From Azolla caroliniana (taxonomy: Eukaryota > Plantae > Polypodiophyta), in assembly GCA_043228905.1 (NCBI GenBank), contig JBHGNT010000007.1, positions 16,678,001 to 16,742,000 of the forward strand: a stretch of 64,000 nucleotides of DNA, written 5' to 3'. Made by a program: the position numbers and the translations under genes. Below the pieces are notes generated by a model. That model did no database searches. It was not told where the DNA came from and saw only the letters and a list, made by a program, of their open reading frames with translations. Positions 55,908-64,000 of the stretch are shown here, piece after piece (within the stretch, counting starts at the first letter, position 1; every line of letters begins with the position of its first letter).

Positions 55908-56307
55908 GCGCGCACGCATGCGAACACACTCGAGGAGCTCCAAGCTCTGTATCTGGCCCAAGGCCAGCCCTATATCTTGTTTCTCTGCTTAATTAATTAT
56001 TTGGTTTACTATATCCAAGCTCTCTCTCTGTGCCCACTACTCCAGTCTCTTCATGTTGTGTCATATTGTGTCTCGTTTGTGGTGTTTGGGGAGGAGTCGT
56101 TCTCCCCTCCTCTGTTCTGCGGTTACCGTCTTGCTTCTAGGAGCCCGTGTGCTCATCTTCTGGTATCGGATATAGTTTTACGAGCCCATTTGCTCAGAAA
56201 ACGGACTCCGACAACCAACCTTAGTAGTCGCTCGCTCTTAGGCTCCTTGGTCCGAGACCCCGATGGTCCCACCCGAGCCGACCTGCAAGTCGTAGATATT
56301 CGCGACA
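54153..56307 (+). mobile_element. 3' end of D-related Gypsy element I (integrase tail, PPT, LTR 55413-56307)
   Basis: NATYQLAELD...RIKVFKKR parallels D NGTYRLCELD...QVKIFKKR; pre-LTR sequence similar to D; TGTCATGG...CGCGACA termini; (GT)n at 55872-55905. Confidence 0.65.
54483..55346 (+). repeat. Solo LTR related to family E, with degenerate termini
   Basis: Start similar to 30262; flanks CCAG / CCGG (4-bp TSD with one mismatch); internal ~88-bp duplication and TTAGGGTTT motifs. Confidence 0.6.
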
Positions 56308-56424
56308 AGGTCGGATTCACCAAATTTATGTCATGAAATTACGCGAGTGCGTGTGAAATCTGAGCAAGAACACCAAGGACTTGAACCAGAGAGGATGGGT
56401 TGACTAGGAGGGTGTGACATTTGG

Positions 56425-56701
56425 TGACTCGAAGGTACCCGACATTCAAAAGCTCCTAGGAGTCGAAAGGTCTCAGGACTCGAAGGCTCTTCACAATCAA
56501 ACGCTCCTAACAATAGAAGGCTCGTGAGACTCGAAGGCTCTTCAGAATCAAAGGCTCATCTTAGTCGAAGGCTCGCCAGACTTGAAGACTCCTCAAAGTC
56601 GAAGGCTCCTCCAACTCTAAGGCTCACTAGAGTTGAAGGCTTGTCATAATTGAAGGCTCTTCCGAGTCAAACGCTCTTCAGGTTAGGTTTAGGGTTTAGG
56701 G
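56425..56701. repeat. Degenerate ~19-20 bp repeat (TCGAAGGCTC core) ending in TTTAGGG units
   Basis: More than 10 visible GAAGGCTC-like cores; GGTTAGGTTTAGGGTTTAGGG at 56681-56701. Confidence 0.7.
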
Positions 56702-58477
56702 GGGGTGCTTTTTTTATTTTAGCATGCACCATGCTTTTTCCCCACTTACATGTTGTACTTGTCCTTTTGGCTCCTTGATGGAAGCAAAAAGGTAATCATA
56801 ATGTCTAGATTCCAATCATTCATTTACTTAGTCTCCTATGGTCCAAGGAGTACCTCCAACCTTCGACCTCCCTCTAATAGACAAGCTCTTAGTAATTGAG
56901 CTAAGACTTTTTGTTGTTTTTAAATGGAACTTGTTATTTATCCTTCATACCACAACCTTGATCTATCGTTCAATCTTGTTGATATTCCTAGTTTAACTTA
57001 TTTCCTCCTATGCATTTCCCACATCACAACAATGCCCTCTTGATTCACTATTCCTTGATAATCTGTTTGCTATTGAAGCCTTGCCTCTCTCAAAATGTTG
57101 ATCCTTGACAATGAGCTCTTCTTCACTTTTTGTAAGTTTAAAGAATGTGCTTCCCAAAATAGTAACTTTTCTTTCATAGGACCCTACTTTTGTAGGTTTA
57201 AGGAAGGTGCTTCCCAATAGTAACTTTTCTTTTGGAGGACCTAACTTTGAAACTCGACGATGGCAACAAATTTGGCAACAAGCAAATCTTTTTCTTACTA
57301 TGTATCGCACTTATATATTTCATGTACTATACATCATCTACCTTTTGTTATTTTTAAGGAGATTTGAAACCAATATCTTATTGTTTCTTGGGTTAGCTCT
57401 TGTAAGTTAAGCTATAACATCTTATAGCTCGTTCTCTATTATCTATTGGATCATAACCTTTAACCTACAATATAACTCAAATCCTATGCATTCTTTTCCA
57501 ATGCACACTTCGCCACATCTTGATAACATACGGAAACAAGAGTGTATTTCCAAGGACATCATGAAAAAGACAACATTACCCCATTCATTTGTGTATGTTC
57601 TTTAGGGAATTTGAATGAGTTTCCCATTGACATGTGCTACACATTCAATTTTGTAATCTTGCTTTTAGTTTCAGAAACATACACCCAAGCAAAACCTTTT
57701 GAGTTGGAGGAAATTTGAGAATCATATATGTTATGATGTCATATGCACAAAACAACACATGTAAGGTCATACAAAATAATGCCACACATGGCATGCAATG
57801 TTGGGAATACAAAAAGTAAATTCTAAGGAAGCAAAAACCATCCATGAAGTAATGTTGGCCATTACAAGAATGATATTGGAAGGAGATTTTTTAATGTTCC
57901 ATAATTAGTCATGTGTAACTCCCCCCTCTCGATTCAAATAGTTAAATATTGAAGGGACCTCGTTTCATACCTAGAAATTGTGCTACTATATTGAACATGT
58001 TGCAATCATTCTTCTTCTGATGAAAAAGTCCTAATTCAAACAAATGCAAATACACGCTTGATGGTGGTATCTCAGACCACACATCACAAGAACATTGGTC
58101 CTCACACGTACGAAACACAAACCATTTCCCACACGTGTCATGCATTAAAAGAGATATCCACTCAACGTTGATTTCCTACTAGAATGACACTTTCGCCTTT
58201 GCAAATTTTGTGATGGGAATGTTGGAGTTCATGGCAAGATGGATCCATTTCCCTCTCCAATTCGATCAAAGGTGTGACACTCAAACACCTCTTTGGGGAG
58301 TTCCTACTCAGAATGACCATTTCTTCCGTACTCTGGGAATTTGACAAAAGGGCGAGCGAGGGTCTAAAAAAAAACCCTGGGGTAACAGCCTCACCAATTT
58401 CGAGGTTTGCAAATATTTTTATGGTGGCCGAGACTAGAACCACATGAGCCCAACACATGGCCCGACTTGACATGACC

Positions 58478-58618
58478 ACTTTCCCCTTGACAATGGGCGA
58501 GTTTTCCCCGTGACAATGGGCAAGACAACCATTTTCCCCGTGACAATGGGCGAGACGACCATTTTTTCCCCATGACAATGGACAAGAAGAACATTTCCCC
58601 CTTGACAATGGGCGAGGC
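58478..58618. repeat. Five copies of TTCCCC-N-TGACAATGG downstream of the F-box gene
   Basis: Directly visible, about 24-33 bp period. Confidence 0.8.
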
Positions 58619-58726
58619 TCGAACCCCAACTGGTCGGCAAAAAAAAACTCTTTGAACTCCCGCGACACGAACGGGTCAGTCGGCCAGCCAGCCCAATAGA
58701 GATGAGATCAACCAAGAGATTTTACG

Positions 58727-60040
58727 TTAGCTAACAAACGAGAGGGCGAGGTCGCAATTGACCGCATCCGGCAACCGGAGCCACTCCCAATGCTCGGTCA
58801 TGAGGTCCACACGGAGCGCCCGGGCGGACCCCATGGCCATGACCACCACCTCGTCCCCGTGGCCCGAGTAGCGGACAGCCGCGGGCGCGGCGGCCTTCCG
58901 GGACTCGGCCGCCTCCACAGCCAGCGCCTCGGCCATGCCACGTGGCACGCGTGCCACCTCCCGCCAGAAGCCTTCCGTACATACGTCACCCTCCGCACGC
59001 TCCCACACCACGCCCATCTCCACCGTTTCCGCCGCCGCCGTTTCCTCCTCCCGATACCTCGTTGTACGCCTGGCCGCGCCCACCAGTAAGAGGCGGCCTT
59101 TCCAGCCTTGTATCAGCTTAGGCGGCGCGTCCAGGAACCGGCGGAGCCGCTTGGCTCGAACCTCTGCAGCTTCAAAGACGAGCTCTCCTGGGAGCCCCCA
59201 AGCCAGACGCCTCCAGATGCACCCCCTCACATCGAAGCTTACGATGGAACGAGATTCGGGATTGATGGCGTAGATGACCTCCCCCACACACTCCGCTCGG
59301 CTCGAGAAGGAGATGGCTTGGCCCGAACCGTGCGAGCCGCCTGAGCTGCTGCACGAAGTGGTCGGAATGTCGATCAGTTTCCATTGGGCGAGCTCGGAAT
59401 TAAAGAGGTGGAGGGAGAGGGATCCTCCGGTGTGGAGGAGGAGGAGGAGGACCCAGAATTGGCAGTGATTGGAGGGAGTTGCTGTGATGGCCCATAGCTT
59501 GGAGAGAGCTATGGCGGTGGAGACAGGGGGTGGGTTGGGTATGGGCGCCCATTGATCAGAGAAAGGGGAGCCCACAATGAATTGGGAATTCTGAGTGGGC
59601 GTGATCGATGAGGATTCGAAATGTGTGCGTATGCAGAGGAGGCGAGACACAGGGTGCCCCACCCATTCCCGCACAAAGGGAGAAGGTAGCCCCAGGTCTG
59701 TCCGATGGGCGGGGGCAGCATCATCCGAAGAAGAAGAAGAAGAAGAAGATGGGCCGCCAATCTTAGCGGGCAAGATGGCGGAGATTTTGACTGTATGGTT
59801 GTAGAGGAGGAGAGACGGGGGGCGTTGCTGCCCGCGTGGCCCTTGCGCCCGCTCTTGCAGCCGATCGAACCATGGGGAGCTCACGCACGTCCGCCACGCT
59901 CGGCATACGGGCTTCACTCGGGCCGCCTCCGCGGTCGAGAGATGGGCGAGAATGAGGTCCGATAGGTCGGACGGGAGTAGGCTCCATAGGCTTGGTGGCC
60001 TCGGTGGAGGAGATGGAGGTTGAAGATGGGATGGAGCCAT
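58727..60040 (-). CDS. F-box protein (N-terminal F-box, putative beta-propeller-like C-terminus), single exon
   Basis: 437 aa GC-rich ORF; WSLLPSDLSDLILAHLSTAEAARVKPVCRAW is a canonical plant F-box motif. Confidence 0.88.
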   Translation of the reverse strand: MAPSHLQPPSPPPRPPSLWSLLPSDLSDLILAHLSTAEAARVKPVCRAWRTCVSSPWFDRLQERAQGPRGQQRPPSLLLYNHTVKISAILPAKIGGPSSSSSSSSDDAAPAHRTDLGLPSPFVREWVGHPVSRLLCIRTHFESSSITPTQNSQFIVGSPFSDQWAPIPNPPPVSTAIALSKLWAITATPSNHCQFWVLLLLLHTGGSLSLHLFNSELAQWKLIDIPTTSCSSSGGSHGSGQAISFSSRAECVGEVIYAINPESRSIVSFDVRGCIWRRLAWGLPGELVFEAAEVRAKRLRRFLDAPPKLIQGWKGRLLLVGAARRTTRYREEETAAAETVEMGVVWERAEGDVCTEGFWREVARVPRGMAEALAVEAAESRKAAAPAAVRYSGHGDEVVVMAMGSARALRVDLMTEHWEWLRLPDAVNCDLALSFVS

Positions 60041-60270
60041 TGATTGAAATAGAGGTACACAATACTACTAGTAGCTATATGGAGATGGAAGTTGAAGATG
60101 GGATGGAACCATTGATTGAAATAGAGGTAACAATACTACTAGTAGCTAGGTATATGGAGATGGAAGTTGAAGATGGGATGGAACCATTGATTGAAATAGA
60201 GGTAACATTACCACTAGTAGCTACATGGAGATGGAGCCATTGATTGGAATAGAGGTAACAATACCACTAA
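60008..60270. repeat. ~70-bp tandem repeat covering the F-box start codon and leader (about 3.5 copies)
   Basis: GGAGATGGA(A/G)GTTGAAGATGGGATGGA(A/G)CCATTGATTGAAATAGAGGTA repeated. Confidence 0.92.
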
Positions 60271-63200
60271 GTTAGTAACTATATGTGCACCATGGAGCTA
60301 GAAGCCAATAAGCATGTGTGTATAGAAGGAAACTTACAACATTTTCATATAGTGCTTGCTTGGATAGGGAGAGACAAAAAGGGAAGAAAATATTTCATGT
60401 AGAGTGTGGATAGGGGAGACTTGACACATAGGATTGTTACGGGGACATCGACTCATGAAAAACCAATAATAAATGTGGAGACATACCAAGAGTGTGGAGC
60501 CCCCCCCTCCCCCAATCCCGAGTGTTCGGGAGACCCGTCACCCCGTCTATCAAAAGAAGTCAGTCGAACCTATGAACTCGTCCCCATTGAAATTTTGAGT
60601 AGGTGACATTGGCTAGCGAACATCTTTTGCTTACCGATCACTCAATAATGCAGATTAAAATCCATAAATTTGTTGCTATCGAAATGCTTGCTTGACATTC
60701 GGCGCATGGCCCACATCTCTACACATGGAAGAATCGTGCAACATAAATATATCAGAAAGTTCCCATAGGATGATGGCATTTCCCCGTATTTGAAATCGTG
60801 GTTATTTGATGATGCACATTGCACAAGAAATCTCTATGTAGGATCGGATTTCTAATAGTACATCCCCATAAAGTTGTTGTACATGCCCTCTTGTTTCTTC
60901 TTATGCCAAACATGGAAAGTGAAGTCAATCTATTACATAATTATTCAATTTTCTTTGCTATGCATAATGTGAGAGCATGATCTGCATATGAGTCGGTATT
61001 GGAGAAGAAATTGATGAAGTAATGCACGCCTTTTTGTTTTTACATGACCTTGAGCCAATGTGCTACTATGTTTACATATCAAATTGCATTAGTCATTCAC
61101 GATATGTGTACACCATTTTATTATAACCGAGACATTAACCATGCTAATCCTATTGGGCCATTGTATATACCTTTACAAAAGTTGACAATATCTTATCTTC
61201 TCTACTTTGGACAAGGTACCCACCTCATAAACATGATTGTTGTACTTATCCCCAAAAGGTATATAAAGAATTTGAAGAATTAATGTAAAAGAGGGATTTT
61301 GGAGGTTCGCATATCCTCCCACCATCAATATTGGGCACATCTCCATGCTTCCTAGTAGTCAGTTCTTCCAACACCACCAAAATTCTAGCCACTCTTGTAT
61401 TGACATGAGATCTTACCATATTGATACGACATCGCCAACTGAGTGGCAACTCGCACTACTCTCTAATGGCACACTTCTATGTAGAGCCCCATATTGATGT
61501 GCTCTTTTAAAACTCACACATAAAAGATCAAAGATACATTATCTTCTTGCTTCTTTTATTATATTTTCCACTTCCCTTTATGCCACCATTTTCCATTATT
61601 CACTTATCCATCATGTATTTAAAATGAAAAAATATCTCCACATCTTTCTTAATCAAGAACTAGTCAACCACATAGTTGCAAGTTGCATGGATAGTTTAAC
61701 CAACATAATAATAATTCGAACATTTATCTTATACATAGTGATACACACCCCCTCCCACTTTAAATATTGTTTCAAGTTTTACGTAAGTACAAATCATGTA
61801 TGCATGACCTTCAAAACCATTTAATTCCCACAATTATTCTTGTAACCATGTCAAGGGTACCTATCTACAAGATGTAGATCAAACTTCGAAATGGCAACCT
61901 GAAGTGACGTCGGGCTAGTTCTCACACTCTAGACGCCGTCCAACTCAAAAGTTCGATCATTAAACTTATAGGTTTGTCTAAATTCTTAAGGAACCTCCCT
62001 AGAGTCCTCCCACAACTCAACGCTTTTATGGTACCAACTGCCTCTAGGGCAAACAAGTACCAAGAGATGTGCTTAAGGCTTCCAATATCACATAATCTAC
62101 CAACTACCTTCAAGATGCGACGAAATTCAAATAGGAAATGCCTTCTTGACATGGGAGCGTCAACTCTCATGGGATCGAATTATTACTATTCTTCATTATG
62201 ATCGCATGCTTTTTCCACAAAATGAACGTAGATGCCAAACAAGGCATTAGATTACTTCATGTATCACATTTATATCATTATTGTTACAGGCATAACCATA
62301 ACTGATCACATGGTAGTTTGTACCATAGTTTTTTACATAGGGGAATAAGAGTGTGAGGGGTTGATCCACAATGTAAAGAAAGGAGAATTACTTTTAATCC
62401 CAAGGATTGAGACAACCCTTAAGGGTTAAGTTTGAACTGGCCTAGGGACCTTGGGTTTGGCTATAACTATAACGCTTAACTATCCTCATTAGGGATGATT
62501 TGAGTACATTGAGAATGTAATCTTGGGGTGAACAAACTCTTGTGGCGAGCACATCAGTACTAGGTTTGACCCGAAGCCATACTGGTAGTATGGGAAGCCA
62601 TACAAGGCTTAGGTCTGTCTCAATTCCTTCAATCGAGGTGGTCAGGTGGATCAATACCCTTCTTTCTATCTTTATCTTTTTATAATCCTATCTATTTCCA
62701 TATATTCCTACTATCATTAGAATAAATCTATAATTATCATCTCTTGACATAATCCGTAGAGCCTTTTCTCTCAAAATGATGTGCCTAGGAACATTTCTAT
62801 CTATTTTAATTGCCACAGAGTACATGCACATAAAAAAATCTATATATATGTAAAAAGAAAAATAAGCGTAAGAACTTTAGATACATTTATGCATTCAAAT
62901 TAAAAGAAATGATCAATTTCTCAATGATAGCAATGTGGTTGCTCTTCTTGTCATTTGGACATGTGATGGTGATGCTCATCCTCCTCATGATCACCATCAT
63001 CTCTCTCTTTCGCGGAGTTCTCTTTTCATTGACGACATTACCTAGTTCCTTTACCCAGGTGACGAGTTTCATTGTGTAACTCCTGTTTACCAATGTGTGA
63101 GACCTCATGTAGGGCGATAAAAATGTTTTGTTACAAGGATTTGTTCCACATTCCTCTAGTAGCACTCTGAGGGTCTTGAATATTGTACATATATATATGT

Positions 63201-63355
63201 GCATATGGATGTATAATCGGGAATGTTTAGTTCTAATGGTAGGTGTGAGTAGTTATATAGGTGTTTATGTGTAAAAGTATTTGCAAACATGTATTTGTGA
63301 ATGTGTAATCATAGCCATGCTTGAAACTCGTACATGACTATGTATGTTCTCTTAA

Positions 63356-64000
63356 ATGTGTGCAACTATTTTTGTATTTGTATGTAAGGACGTCCTCGAC
63401 CTAATCAACAACTATCAAGATGCATATGCATGGTCTTATCAAGACATGGGTTGGAAATTCTATGAACACCTCACAAAGAATGTACAAGAGACAAGCAATA
63501 CTATTACAAAATCGTTGTTAAAGAGGAAATCAACAATGTTGCCTAGGTCTATTGCATCGGACATGTGAAGAAGACCACAAAACTTAGTTCCATCATCGTG
63601 AAATGAATGAGAAATGGAAAGATCCAAGTTTGTGTTAACAAATAGAAGACGAATTTGCAACCACCATTTGTGCCTTTTGTGTACCATTCGCAAACAACTT
63701 CGTAGACTTCCTCACCATGCATGAGATGCATATCTTCGTTTATGAGTTCCATAGATACAACTAGATCCAAATGACAATCATAGAGCAATAAAATATGACA
63801 TTTATCTCCCAAGTTGGCCGTTTATGTGGCTATGGTAATAATGCTCAATCTTAAGATGGCACCGACCACCTTCCAAGGAAACATCAACAAGTTGTTTGAA
63901 CTATATATACAAAAATTCATGCAAGCTTTTGTCAACGACTTTGTAGTGTTTAGCACTCAATCAAACCAATTACAACGTATTGTCCATGCATGTCAGATTC
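63356..64000 (+). pseudogene. Highly degenerate Gypsy reverse transcriptase remnant
   Basis: LINNYQDAYAWSYQDM and FMQAFVNDFVVFS-like segments amid frameshifts. Confidence 0.5.

Noticed and set aside
58162-58715. ORFs downstream of the F-box gene as additional exons or genes
   Set aside because: They arise from the short repeat cluster and have no recognisable domain.
60600-63300. Protein-coding genes among the short ORFs
   Set aside because: No convincing motifs; probably decayed repeats or intergenic DNA that I cannot classify by eye.

Overview
This is eukaryotic DNA, most likely from a non-seed land plant (inferred from the Tcn1-like chromoviruses and the plant-type F-box gene). Positions 1-56.3 kb are a deeply nested transposon cluster, followed by one intronless F-box gene (58727-60040, minus) and decayed repeats. 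The cluster holds: three related Ty3/Gypsy chromovirus families (A, B, C) with group-I chromodomains; a decayed Ty1/Copia; pieces of several other Gypsy elements; and an 11-kb TIR DNA transposon (Sola2-like) carrying extra RING-like and FCP1/SCP-phosphatase-like genes. Element B (16626-22388) is intact and its LTRs look identical. The most notable observations are: (1) six different LTR families carry an antisense tRNA-like A-box/B-box module in U3 with a constant 43-44 nt spacing; (2) families A, B and C have a Tf1-type self-priming PBS that co-varies with the transcript start; (3) the family-A array looks like a concatemer of unprocessed cDNA ends and includes a self-priming fold-back product; (4) gag-pol is joined by a conserved G-UUA-AAC -1 frameshift site with a pseudoknot; (5) the LTRs carry heat-shock-element arrays; (6) the DNA transposon's introns are filled with arrays of its own subterminal palindrome. 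All calls were made by eye from the sequence and the ORF track; no database searches were run.
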